This document shows, in pieces, positions 51,118-64,000 of a stretch of DNA of 64,000 nucleotides; within the stretch, counting starts at the first letter, position 1; each line of letters opens with the position of its first letter. A program made the translations under genes and the position numbers. Source of the DNA: Octopus vulgaris (lineage: Eukaryota); NCBI GenBank assembly GCA_951406725.2, contig OX597824.1:99510001-99574000 (forward strand), written 5' to 3'. The notes beneath the pieces are model-generated. The model saw only the letters and a program-made list of their open reading frames with translations. It did not search any database and was not told the origin of the DNA.

Positions 51118-52689
51118 CTGATTAAAAATAATACAAATGCACATACATACATATATGTATATATACACACACACACATGTATATATGCATATACACACAC
51201 ACCTTCACACTTATATGTATGTATGTATGTATGTGTGTGAGTATACACACACACACATATGCGAGAGAGAAGGGTGGAGGAAGAGTGGGAGGAATTCCTT
51301 TTAAGTATAATGATCAAATTTGATTTATTCCCGATAACCTTCAACTGTGATGTAGTAAAGAGTCTCCATAAAACTGATATTTTTTTTACTCTGTCGTTCT
51401 ACGACGATGTTGTTCGAGTTTGATGGAGACAATCTACTGTGGAAGCAGCAGCAGCAGCCGCAGCAGCAGCGAGGATGCTGTCACTCGTGATGAGAGTGAA
51501 ACATCTCACCGTTCCACAACTGATGTCTGCTGTTTATTATTACACAAGACAACCTCACTTAACACACAATATTCTTTACACAGAACAGAGTTAGGGTCGG
51601 GGTGAGGGAGATGTCATGGATTCTCATTTGTTACGGATCTAAGTGGCCTTTGTTTAGCTTTCACATTCAGTGATTGGCCATTGAGAAAATAGTGGATCCA
51701 TGTGGTCACTGCACCTGCTAGAAATGGCAGCTGATTCTCCCATAAATTATATTTACCCATCTCGAAGACTGACGCATTGAATAATATAATTGTATTAATA
51801 CTGAATGAAAGACAGTGTGGTCATGGCTGGAATCATTTGTAACACGAAAGTCTTGTTTTTTTTATGGAAGGAACAAAGAACAATACACAGTAAAAGGTGT
51901 AGAGTTTGTGTTTATGGGAGTCATTGATATGAAACATAGGCACACCACACCTGTACTATCTCCAATATACAAATGTCATCTACAGGAATCCTAGACAACA
52001 CTATATGTGAACTACCTCCAAGACAAAGTCCAGGTGTTGTTTGTTTATATAGGAAACCCTTGTAACTAGAGTCATACCTGGGATGTTAAATGTGAACAAA
52101 ATAAGACAGTGTAACTTCAGCCAGGACATCGGTATCGCAAGATGTCGTGCTAAAGTATGGCAACTACACTGGTGGCTGTGATATTGTATACGGACAGTCA
52201 GACCATAGATATTGCAAGGTGACTTAGTAAAACAGTTTTTATCTCATTGTAAGACATAATGAGTGAAATATATAAAGTGGGGGAATTATTTACAGAGATT
52301 TCATTAAAAACAGTTTCCTTCATGGCTAATGTTGGATCCTCTCCTAAACAAAGGACATTTTCTTGATTGAAGTTTCTTTGTAATAACCCAACGTGTTAGA
52401 AAAAGCAACTAAATCGTCTTCATATCTCACCTCATTCTCTTAAACCTGTGAAGGACTTACTAGAGAGTGAAGTCCTTGACATATTGTGTGATTAATGAAT
52501 GTGAACGCCATGGTTGGAATACATTTGAAGATAGGTCTGTTCAGAGTGAGTTATGGCTGAAACAACATTTTGTTTGTGAATAGGAAACAATATCAGCAAC
52601 ACAACAAAGAGTTTTACAGAAGGATGTGGTTTCAGATGGTGGAAACTGTGATTTCGTCTATTAACTATTATTAGGGAATGCCATAAGGC

Positions 52690-52886
52690 AGGGAGCTGGC
52701 AGAATTGTTAGCATACCGGACAAAATGCTTCGCAGTATTTTGTTCTGAGTTAAAATTCCTCAGGTTGACTTTGCCTTTCATCCTTTCAGGCTTGATTAAA
52801 TAAGTACCAGTTACACACTGGAATCGATGTAATTAACTTAATCCCTTCCCCCAAATTTGAGGCCTTGTGCTTCCAGTAGAAAGGAT
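52690..52886 (+). mobile_element. SINE, same family as 11881-12110
   Basis: Collinear similarity including ttgcctttcatcctttcagg and taagtaccagttacacact. Confidence 0.75.
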
Positions 52887-53639
52887 AATTAGGGAACGCA
52901 GTGTTAGAAAACTTCTCTAAGGACTCATGGGTTTGTCTCTTGAACACTCTTGTCATGACCTCACTGGTGATAACTGCTTTTGAATATTTCTGTAAAGCAT
53001 AAATTTATTTAAGTAGATTCTGAAAATGAAAGGAAGTTGTTGAGAAATAAAAGAAGATTAGCAGAAAAACAGTAGAAGATAGAATCTTTAGCAACAAGAT
53101 TATGATAACAAAAGTTTCCATAAGATAAACAGTTAACTATTTCTTTTGAGGGTGTTTCCAGAGAAATACATTAAAGATTTGTCTTTAGGATTTATAAAAT
53201 AAATGTTTGTTAAATTTGTCAAATGAATCCATAAGGTAATTTAAATAAGACATTGAAAAGTAAGAAATAATGATTGAGGAATGGTGATGGAATTGGAGGC
53301 CTATGACTTGGTGGTGTATGAGAAAGGAATCCATGACATGGTGTTGTGTGAGACAGGAGTGTATGAGCTGAGGATCTATAAACTATAGACCTAGTGTTGT
53401 TGTTGCTGTTTGTTTTCTCAGATTAGCACAATTAAACAGGTTTATGGTCAAAGACATCTTGGCTGAGAGTGGTTGACCTTTTTTATATCCAGGACTACAT
53501 TAAGCAAAGTAAATTTTAAGAATTTTAGGGTGTGATTTGAGAAAGATTGGTTGCTACTTCAAGCAGGAAGAGTGAGTTCTTTGTTAAAACCTAATGTTAT
53601 ATGAATTTGGGTATGACTTAGTTGGTAACCAACCCAGAA

Positions 53640-54525
53640 GTTATGGTTACAATCCTGTCACCAGTGTCACATTTTGTTCAAAGTTTAAGATCCTTAATGT
53701 TTGAGTACTTTGAGTAGCAGCATTGTTGGAGATTCTTTAAGGATACCAATTGATTGTCTGGGATGAATGCACAATGGCAGACAGAAGAACTCCTGAGACG
53801 TTGGATATTGCCAGATTTATATGACAATAGACCTGAAGTGGGAGGAGGATCAGTGGAATTGCCAGACTCTGCAAGTGAGCCTTAAAAGGAATGAATGATG
53901 GTGGAATTCATGCAAGTCTTTAATAGTTATTGCTTTGGATCAAAGCTAAAAAATCTTCAAACTGTCTACAAAGTATGAGAGCAGTCTGTCATTTGACTGA
54001 TAATTTTTGTTACAATTTGGAGAAAATAGATTTCCTGATGATATTACTGGTACTGTGGACCAACTCCTACAGGGGAAGTGGTTTAAATAGTAGACAAATT
54101 GAGATCAAAGACGTTTCTGAACTTGCAAAATCATTAACATATAAATGGTTGTTAAAAAAAGAAACAAAACATGTTTGAGCAAAAGCACCAACTGGTATCT
54201 ATTGCAGATATTTCTAGGAAATAGTCATGGTTACAAACCAATAGACATTGTTGTGAATGAGGACAAATCCTGTGGAATCATTGGAACCTTTAGATCCATA
54301 GTCACACTGACAAGAGGATCATAAAATAATGCTGTTGTGTAATTTAGATCACCAGGGCCGTACAATGGCTCAACACAAATAATTATGAAACTTATGTCTC
54401 CTATTGCTGAGATGACCAGTTTTACTTCACCAAAGAGAAAGTGCAGTTATGCTCAGAATTCCATTTATACCTAGAATTCTGATCTTTTGATTAGGGCAAG
54501 TCTTTTCTTCTATAGTCTTTGACTA
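53640..54525 (+). mobile_element. Decayed Helitron Pif1 helicase relic
   Basis: LIVWDECTMA (53750-53780), IMLLCNLD and LRIPFIP remnants; many stops. Confidence 0.65.
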
Positions 54526-54559
54526 CTAATTTATTGTGAGGAAATTTGCTGGATAGAAA

Positions 54560-55570
54560 CTGTTGAATAAATTTATTGTAAGGTAAAGGAGAGAAATAAA
54601 TTTATTGATGAATTTAGTGTACAGGTAAGAGTACATTGGGGGCATATTTCTCAGTCCCGCATTACTTTCCCTTACAGTCCTCCGAGCTGTCCTGAGGAAC
54701 TCAAGACCCTCTGTCTCTGGGAAAATCTTCATGCTGATGACTTTACTCTTGTAGCTGATTCTTTTGAAGAGTTGAAACAAAATTCCAAACATGGAAGCAA
54801 AACTTGGAATTGAAGGGTTCTAGGTAAACTTAAAGAAAAAAAAGTTTTAGTAAGTAGGAAGGAAGAAATGGCTCACATAGCATCAGGGAAATGTTTGTAA
54901 TCTACCAGCAGAAAAGGATTTTGTAGAAATCCCAGAAAGTGTGCCCTGTGTAGCCAATGGGCAAACATGAAGTGTAGAGGGATGACAGGCAGAGTAACAG
55001 AGAAGTTAGATTTCATATGCAGCAGCTGCAGGTACACTAAAGCAATAAACCATAAGGGTGCTCAGGTAATAGATTGTCTTAATTGCCTGAATGACTCCCT
55101 AGAAGTAGTTGATAGTTTTGTTACCTGCAGTGGAGGGAGGAGTTCTGAAAAGGTGGTAGCCAGAATAAGCAAGGGTTTGAAAAAGTAACAGTGAGCTATG
55201 TTGGTAATAAAGGGCTTCTCCCTAAAAGCCAATGGCAAATTGCATGATACTTGTATGTGAAGTGCACTGCTGCATGACAATAAGAAATGAGCTGTAACTA
55301 TGGAGGACCTGTGGAAACTAGAAAGAAAAGAGGTGAGGTTGCTTCACTGGACATGATACAAGAATGACAAAGTGGAACTGAATTAAAGATAAACTTAGTA
55401 TCAAATGTAATGAGAGGAGACTGTGTTTGCATAGATACATGATACAACTAGGGTTTGACACCTGCATAAACAAGAAGTGAGTGCTTGGAGTGAATGGAAG
55501 AAGGTGGCCCAGGAAGGCTTGGGATGAGGTGGTGAAAAATGATCTCAATTTCATTTGATGAAGAGGACCA
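54560..55570 (+). mobile_element. Decayed RTE-clade LINE
   Basis: Degenerate ADD, LEVVDSF, KVVARISKG and WDEVVK fragments, homologous to the 24262 and 22600 copies. Confidence 0.7.
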
Positions 55571-56249
55571 TGTCAAATAGTAAAACAAAGTAGTGCAGAA
55601 GTTCCAACTTTCCACACAAGCTTGGTGAAATACCTGTCATAAAAGCGAGCTAATGTGTAAAACTGCTGCCTATTCTATACTCTCCCATTTGCTCACTCTC
55701 CCTTCTATTGACTCTATCTTAATCCTCTCCTATACTCTTGCATCTCTCCATCAGATTTTCTCCTTCTGACCCTTCCATGCCACCCACAATTGGGAGTAAA
55801 CATTCTTCATACTGAAGCATCTCCTTTCCCAACACATCATCTTGTTACTCCTCCTTCCCCACCCTTTATAAATCATAATGCTTTACTCTTGCAACCTTCA
55901 CTCTTCAGCCTTCTGTCACCATGCTCTCTTCTAGTCCCCTTTATGGGACATGTTACTCTGCCTCCACCCCTACTTCATCACTAACATCTTTATCCTCTCT
56001 CTTTCATGCAGCACCAGGGACAACAAAGGGTTGAGAGGATTATTTAGTCTTGCTGAGGACCAAACAATATCCATTGCTTCTATGGTGCCATAAACAAAAT
56101 GTCTTGAGCATGGTCTGTCAAATGGATGATGTTAGGAAGTGCACCAAGCTGTAGAAACTGCAAAAAACCGAGATGGCTGAGCAAGATGCAGTCTTCAAAC
56201 CAGTCAGATTCTGTCAAACCATCAACTGCTGTATGGAACGCAGATGTAA

Positions 56250-56314
<65 letters not shown>

Positions 56315-56326
56315 CAATAACAATAG

Positions 56327-56408
<82 letters not shown>

Positions 56409-56692
56409 CCTTTCTACTAAAGGCACAAGACCTGAAATTTTAGTGGGTGGGGCTAGTCAATTAGATCGACCCCAGTACATAACTAGTACTTAATATATTG
56501 ACTCTGTAAGGATGAAAGGCAGAGTTGACCTTGGCAGAATTTCAACTCAGAATGTAGTGATGGGCGAAATACCATTAAGCATTCCATCCATTGTGCTAAC
56601 GATTGTGCTGGCTCACCACCTTCAATAATGATAATAATACTACTACTACTACTAATAATAATAATAACAATAATGATGATGATGATGATGAG

Positions 56693-57590
56693 CTTACTGT
56701 ATACAGTGCTCAGGTGCACTGCAGCTCACTAGGAATGCCTAAGAATGGAGGCAGAAAGTAGCTATACACCATGTAAAGAAAGACAGCAATGAAAGCCCAA
56801 ATATACAGGATAAGAAGGAAAAGGGAGCAGTAAAAGAGTTACTGAGGGGAAAGATTGCATAGGCACATCAGGAGTAGTGTTGGCAAATTGCAGGGAAAAT
56901 GCAATTTTTGAAGGATGCAGTGTGCTGACAGCAAATAATTTATTCTATGCTTCAGCAATTCTGATCATGAGAAAATACTCCCCAAAATCACAGATGCTGT
57001 GTTGTTTTTTGATTTTATAAGCATGTCCATGAGTGGTAGTGATACACTGAGTTCAAAACAGTGGCCAAAGCTGTTGTTGAAATGATGATGGATAATCTTG
57101 TGGGTTTCTACCAAATCAGTTGCTTTATTGAGTTGAGGCCTAAAGATGATGTAAGTGATTAATTGAAGGCATTTGTTTGCACATCTCTGGACAACTTCTA
57201 TGAGATCAGTATTCTGGACAATATGCAATTTCCAGTCTGGAGTTGCAAGCACCAAGTGTGGGCATAGCATAGCCATATATAGTTTTAAACACACAGCTAG
57301 TGAGTGGCTGACAGAGGTCTTATTGAGTGATACTTAGACATTTTGAAAATATGAGAAATGTGGTTTGGCCAATAGAGATCATTTTTGACCATGCCAAGAT
57401 CATATTCACTAGCAGAGGAGTAATTAAATTCTGAATGTTTGCTTCCAAAATGCATAGTAGTGATACATCTGTCTACAACCAGCATGAGTTGTCAGTCAGC
57501 AATCCATTGTTGCATTGTGTCCATGTCAGATGGTGGGAAAGATCTAAAGCATTTAGGAACTGTTCTTTTATCTTGGGGTATGGTTTAATA
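56693..57590 (-). mobile_element. Decayed CR1-like LINE, same family as 19331-21605
   Basis: Same tgtatacagtgctcaggtgcac terminus; LYMAMLCPHL, EVVQRCANK, TTMHFGS fragments. Confidence 0.75.
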
Positions 57591-57933
57591 TCATGATAAT
57601 GATGATGATGACAATGACAACAATATACACAGACACACAAACACACATACATGCACACACACACACACACATGAATTGACACCTTTACATCTTTGTTATA
57701 TATATATATATCCATACTGGTGACGTGTCAAAAGCACCCAGCACACTCTGTAAAGTGGTTGGTGTTAGGAAGGGCATCGAGTCATAGAATCCATGCTAAA
57801 ACAGACAATTAGAGTCAGGAGAGCACTCCAGCAGGTTAGCTTCTGTTGAACTCTCTAACCCATGCCAGCAATGGAAAACGGACATTTAGTGACAATGATG
57901 ATGATGGTGATATATCTATATATATGTGTGTGT

Positions 57934-57987
<54 letters not shown>

Positions 57988-58538
57988 ATACACAGACATT
58001 CAAAGAGATAGTACAACAGACGATCACATGTCTGATTAATTTGTGGAATGAAATGACAAAATAAAATAAAACAAAAATATTTCTCACACAAAATTCATGA
58101 AACACAAAAATTGAAGAAGGTGTGAGAAAATGGTGTGAGAAGGCTGTAAACAGAACAATACACCACGTCAATATATACATATACACATACACATGTATAT
58201 TTTTATATGTGTATATATATAGATACATACACACACACATGCATGCACTCACAAATATATGTGTGTGTGTGTGTGTGTGTGTGTATTGCAGTCAAAATAA
58301 CAGTTGTATTGTAGTTGATCAAGGCTGCTCTTGAGAAAAAACATCTTCACACATTACGCATATGTCCTTCTATATAAACGTATGCTCAGTCACGTGCTTG
58401 ATTTTTGCGTGTATGTCCACAGTCAATCAATGCATTGTGAGTTTCATATATGCATGCACAGAAACGCAGACTAACTGTTCAACCAGAAGCAGGTGTATGT
58501 GCATCTATCCATCTATCTATCCATCTATCTATCTATCT

Positions 58539-58576
<38 letters not shown>

Positions 58577-58754
58577 GCAAATAAAGCTCCTATTCCATTA
58601 TGCCGGTCACACTACACTGTAATCATCCTAGGAATATGGACTGTAATCTTAAGAGACATGTGACTTTTGGAAATGCATGTAGGAATTCATTAAATGTTTA
58701 TAAATTCCATTCAAAGATTATTCTTCTGATTATTATATATGTATATATATATAA

Positions 58755-59128
58755 ATGGAAGCACTCCGTCGGTTACAACGACGAGGGTTCCGGTTGATCC
58801 GAATCAACGGAACAGCCTGCTCGTGAAATTAATGTGTAAGTGGCTGAGCACTCCACAGACACGTGTACCCTTAACGTAGTTCTCGGGGATATTCAGCGTG
58901 ACACAGAAAGTGACAAGGCCGGCCCTTTGAAATACAGGTACAACAGAAACAGGGAGTAAGAATGAGAGAAAGTTGTGGTGAAAGAACACAGCAGGGATCA
59001 CCACCATCCCTGCCGGAGCCTCGTGAAGCTTTAGGTGTTTTCGCTCAATAAACACTCACAACGCCTGGTCTATGCGATCCTATGATCGCGAGTCCGCTGC
59101 CCTAACCACTGGGCCATTGCGCCTCCAC
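58755..59128 (-). mobile_element. tRNA-derived SINE, related to 6057-6378
   Basis: Head ggaggcgcaatggcccagtggttagggcagcggactcg; body shares ccccgagaactacgttaagggtacacgtgtctgtgga. Confidence 0.82.
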
Positions 59129-59160
59129 GTATATATAAATATATGCATACATAAATACAT

Positions 59161-59215
<55 letters not shown>

Positions 59216-59753
59216 TACATACATACATACATACATACAGACGGACAGACAGATAGATAGATAGATATATCACCCATGCCAGCATGGAAGGCAGACGTTA
59301 AACGATGATGATCATGATAATGATATATATATATGTGTGTGTAGTTAAATACATACATATATATACATACGTCTTGTACATTGACATATACTATGTACAT
59401 AGATATGTGGATAGATATATGCATACATACGTATTGTACACTGGCATATATACATGTACATACATACAAAGTCTTATGCTATATATCGGAAGTATCTGGA
59501 TATATATATATATATATATATATGCAGATACATATGAGTGTAGATCCCATATGTGTAGTTACATATAGAAATCAACATTTATAAACATCTCTATGTTAAA
59601 TAGTTGTCAGCAAATACATACATATATAATGTGTATATATATATGCACATATATATATATGTTTAACATACATATATCATCATCATAATTGTTTCATGTC
59701 CGCCTTCCATGTTAGCATGGGTGGGACTATGTATGTATGTATGTGTGTGTGTG

Positions 59754-59784
<31 letters not shown>

Positions 59785-60014
59785 CTGTCCAACCCATGCC
59801 AGCATGGAAACGAACATTAAATAATGATGATTATGATATTTGTTTTTATATTCAGTTATGATAAAAGCAATTTTGCATTAATCTGATGGGTTACTCTATA
59901 CTTTCGTTGAGTACTAATTTATCATTCTTAATCTAGAATATTATTGATGATAGTGACCTCAAATTTTCAGCCAGTTAAACCATTAGTGGCTTATATATAT
60001 GTATATGTAAATGT

Positions 60015-60053
<39 letters not shown>

Positions 60054-60077
60054 AACACTAACACACACACACACAAG

Positions 60078-60237
60078 ATGGATTTCTTTCAGTTTCCATC
60101 TACTAAATTGACTCACAAGGGTTTGGTCAGCCAGAGGCTATAGTAGAAGACACTTGCCCAAGGTGCCATACAATGGGACTGAACCTGAAACCGTGACATT
60201 GGGAAGTAAGCATCTTACCACACAGTCATGCTTACAC
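60078..60237 (-). mobile_element. tRNA-derived SINE (third family)
   Basis: gctt-cccaa...ggttcagtccca...gcaccttgggcaagtgtcttctactatagcc. Second copy at about 5790-5950 (-). Confidence 0.7.
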
Positions 60238-60238
60238 C

Positions 60239-60290
<52 letters not shown>

Positions 60291-60302
60291 CATATATGTA
60301 TA

Positions 60303-61210
60303 CTAGCAGTAATACTCGTTGTTGATCGGGTAATTACTTTTACTGTTTCTCGGGCCAAGAAGCTAGAAAAATGGGTATATCATATCAGAGAATAGCTTTA
60401 TGGAATGCAGGTGACTGTGGAATGGCACTGAAAAGGCTACAGGTCAAGTGGAACATCCATTTGTCACTTCCTTTTGACGTTTGAATAGGTGGTATGCCAA
60501 AAGAGAAATGAAAGATTCAGTTTGAACATGAACGAAGCTAGAAGAATAGCTATATCAGAGAGAAGAATAACTATAGAATCCAGGTGACTGTGTGATGGCA
60601 CTGAGAAGCCTACAGATGAAGTGGAAGACCCAATTGTTGCGGTTTCTTTTGACATTTGAATAGGCCATATGCCCAAGGAGAATTGAATGATTCAGTTTCA
60701 AATCTGAACCAACGTGAGACTATGACTACAGATTTAAGTTTACTCATCCTGTATGTGTGTATTATATGAGAGAAAAACATGTAATAATTGAATTAGAAAA
60801 AAGTTTCATATACAAACTTCTGTTTGTTCTTCAAGTTGCAATCCAGCAATTTTTAGTGTTTGGCCCTGACTTTTATTAATGCTCATAGCAAAAGAAAGTG
60901 GGATAGGAAACTGCAATGGCTTAAATTGGAATGGGACATTAGATGGTATAACTGCTATGCAAGGAACAAAGATGTCACATTTACTATAACCGGTGAGAAT
61001 ATTTGCCTCAATGCAGTTCCTCATTGGTTTGTGCACAATTAGTGTTGTACCACTGCATAATTTTTGTTGAGACAAATTAAGCAATAGCATAATGGGAGAT
61101 ATAGAAAAAGCATAATAGCTTCCCTTGAACCATTTACTTTCATTTTGGTGGACAAACAAACACAAATGGACAGAATCTCTCTTCTCTTTCTCTCTCTCTC
61201 TATATATAGA
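60303..61210 (-). mobile_element. Non-autonomous Helitron (908 bp) with Pif1 helicase C-terminal fragment
   Basis: A|TCTATATATA 5' end at 61210; decayed hairpin plus CTAG|T 3' end at 60303. PIMLLLNL...LCSGT...FAMSINKSQGQTL helicase motifs. Confidence 0.88.
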
Positions 61211-61675
61211 TATACTGTAGTTGTGGCCGATGCCAGTGCCACCTGATTGGCACATAAAAAGCATCATTTGAGTGTCACTGATACCAGTGTCACCTGACTG
61301 GCACACGTACTGGTGGCACATAGAATGCACTATTCAAGCATGGCTGATGCCAGTGCTGCCTGACTGGCTCCCATGCCAATGACACGTAAAAGCACCCACT
61401 ACACTCTCAGAGTGGTTGGCGTTAAGAAAGGCATCCAGCTGTAGAAACTCTGCCCAATCAGATTGGAGCCTGGTGCAGCCACCTGGCTTGCCAATTCTCA
61501 GTCAAACCATCCAACCATTCTGGCATAGAAAGTGGACATTTGACAATGATGACAATGATGAGATATATATATATATTAGACAAAAACAAATGCAAGGCTG
61601 TGAGGAGTTTGCAGGACATTTATAATGAAATAGTCTTACAGCTGTTTCTGAGATATGGATATCCCTTCATCATCA

Positions 61676-61722
61676 TCTCTGATGAAGGGATATCCATAAT
61701 ATCTCAGAAACAACTGTAAGAC
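61676..61722 (+). ncRNA. Minimal hammerhead ribozyme-like motif in a palindrome
   Basis: tct CTGATGA agggatat ccataat atctca GAAA caactg TA aga. The mirror copy on minus at 61633-61672 retains cagctg stem III. Confidence 0.6.
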
Positions 61723-61792
61723 CATATCTATATCTCTTTCCTTTATATGTCCTGAAAACTCCTCGCAGCCTAGGCTTTGTTAACTGTTTTTG

Positions 61793-61830
<38 letters not shown>

Positions 61831-61957
61831 GCATGCTAATACAAGACCCATATTAAAATCCTCACTCGTATCACTATCAAACCAAGAGTTTAACTATGGT
61901 CCATAGCACTTACTTAGCATTGCCTGCCATTCTTTGGGTCTTCTAGATACCAATACC

Positions 61958-61989
<32 letters not shown>

Positions 61990-62050
61990 CACACATAGAT
62001 AAGAAAGAGAGAAGACTGAGGAAGAAATAATTATCTTATTAACTTCATTA

Positions 62051-62129
62051 GCTTACTGCTGTTTCTGCTATAAGATGCAGCAGTCTCGTAGTTGAGTGTC
62101 TAACTAACACCTTCTAGCTTCATCAGAGC
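62051..62129 (-). ncRNA. Minimal type I hammerhead ribozyme-like motif
   Basis: gct CTGATGA a gcta...tagc a GAAA cagcag TA agc: stem I gct/agc, intact core, GUA site. Confidence 0.6.
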
Positions 62130-62721
62130 CGCAAATATGAAGTGGAATTTATTTGGGAAAGAATTACTTATGTGCCTATACAGGGAATGGCATTAACAAT
62201 GAGAAGAGTCAATACAGTTGTATATATGAAAAGCATATGGCTAAAATGTAATTAGATATATTAGTGGAAATATATGTGTATACATATGCGTATGTATGCA
62301 CTCTGAGGTACTTGCAGATACAGAAAGATGCACAGACACAAAAGCCCAACTCACAGACACACAGAAATATGCACTAGAATATACATGCACATGTGTGTAC
62401 CCAGACGACCACACATGCATATATACACTCACACACATACAGGCAGACAGATACCACACACAAACACGCGTACACTCACATATATTGATGCAGAGGGACT
62501 GGTTCTGTAGCAAGTTATTTGTCTTGCAATTGTCTAAGCAAAATAAATGCAGGATTTATATATATGTCAGGATTTTTGTCTTGCAAGTTACTTGGAGACC
62601 CTGCCAGTGCTGAAGTCACATAAAGGGCATCCAGTTGTGTGTGTATGTACATATATATATATAAAATGATGATGATAATGCTTAACATACACACAGAGAA
62701 ACACACACACACACACACACA

Positions 62722-62790
<69 letters not shown>

Positions 62791-64000
62791 GTATGTATAT
62801 GTACATACACATATACATACATCATCATCATCGTCATCTGCTTTCTATGCTGACATGTGTGGGATGGCTTGACTAGGAACTGTAGTACTGCAGGGCTGTG
62901 TTGCTTTCCAGTGCCATCTTTGACATGGCTGAGTGCCCTTCCTAATGCCAACCACTTTGTAGAGTGTACTGGGTGCTTTTTATATATAACCAACACTAAC
63001 GAGGTGGCCATAAATTTACAATACAGAAAGAATAGGAAAAGGAAAAAGCTCTTAGTAGTAAGAAGTATTTGGGAAGCAAGGTGAAGGCAGGTGGATGTGT
63101 TGCAGGTGTTGAAAGGCTAAAGTGTGATGGAGGGACGAGCATGAGGGAGGAAGTGATGGAGTGCTACAAGAAACTTTCAAGGAACAAGAAGCTGAGCATA
63201 AGAGATGACAGGATGGTGGGTGAGGGGAGAGGCTGAGAGAGTGTGAGAGGGTAGGAGTAAGAGGTTAATGTAGTGAGTGATGAATAAGGGTTGGGGTTGC
63301 AGTAGGTAAAGTTGGGAGGTGGGAGATAAAGGAATTGCTCAAGAAGGAGAATGGAACAGAATGTAGTAGAAAAATGTAAGGTTTTGGAACTGTGCCGAGG
63401 AAAAGCTGGGGATATTTAAGAGGCTGTGGTCAGTGGGTGACGATGGTAGATATGGGAGGGCATTGAGAATGGAAGCAGATAAGAGAGATGTCTAGAATGG
63501 TTTATGGCAGAACGGGGTAAGGGCTATAGCTGAAGGCTTGGAAAGGAGGTGATGGGTGCGTGGGAGGATGAGGAATGGAAGTAGTTTGGTGGTGGTGGTG
63601 GGTGAACCTTTTGGGAGGGGATGTCATGTAATATGTATGATTTTGCTCACAGGTGAGAACAGTAGCTGTGTAGTGTCAGAGGTGGGCAGGGGAAGAAATG
63701 ACTAGAAGAACCTAGACACACAAACTGATATGGAGAAGATTATGGAAACTTGAAGACCCTTCAAATGGTCAAATGGTCATATATCATCATTTAAAGTTTG
63801 TTTTCCATGCTAATATGAACTGCACTGTTTGAAAGGGGCTAGGCAAACTGGATAGCTGCACCAGGTTCCACTGCCTGCTTTGGCAAGTTTTCTGTGGCTG
63901 GATGCCCTTCCTAATGCCAACCACTTTACAAAGTGTACTGGGTGCTTTTTTCATGTAGCACCAGCACTGGTGATTTTTACATGGCACCAACACTAGTGTG

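Noticed and set aside
51757-51800. Minus-strand exon (INTIILFNASVFEMG) with cag/gtaaat boundaries
   Set aside because: It falls within a decayed interspersed repeat (ggtcatggctggaat module also seen at about 70 and 52510), so the splice-like signals are probably chance.

Overview
Eukaryotic, AT-rich and extremely microsatellite-rich DNA, most likely a coleoid cephalopod such as Octopus. That is inferred from repeat content and a decayed C2H2 zinc-finger array, not from a database match. One host gene is reconstructed by eye on the minus strand. Seven phase-compatible coding exons (44701 down to 9653, about 360 aa, 5' end not located) encode a divergent adenylate-kinase-fold protein with a degenerate P-loop (GGPGSKKGA) and no recognisable catalytic arginines. 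Almost everything else is transposon-derived. It includes an uninterrupted 1058-aa R4/Dong-type RT+REL ORF in a (TAA)n tract, CR1-, RTE- and Tx1-like LINE pieces, two mariners (one interrupted by a 510-bp solo LTR), a maT-like element, three Helitron remnants and many SINEs. The most notable unannotated signal is a set of small fold-back (inverted-repeat) elements embedded in (TA)n/(CA)n tracts. They carry minimal type I hammerhead-ribozyme motifs (CUGANGA...GAAA, short palindromic stem III, GUA/GUC). One also retains a Penelope GIY-YIG endonuclease remnant, pointing to a Penelope/retrozyme-like system, with several motifs in host pre-mRNA sense. Most ORFs in the supplied track are microsatellite artefacts. 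All alignments and folds were done by eye.
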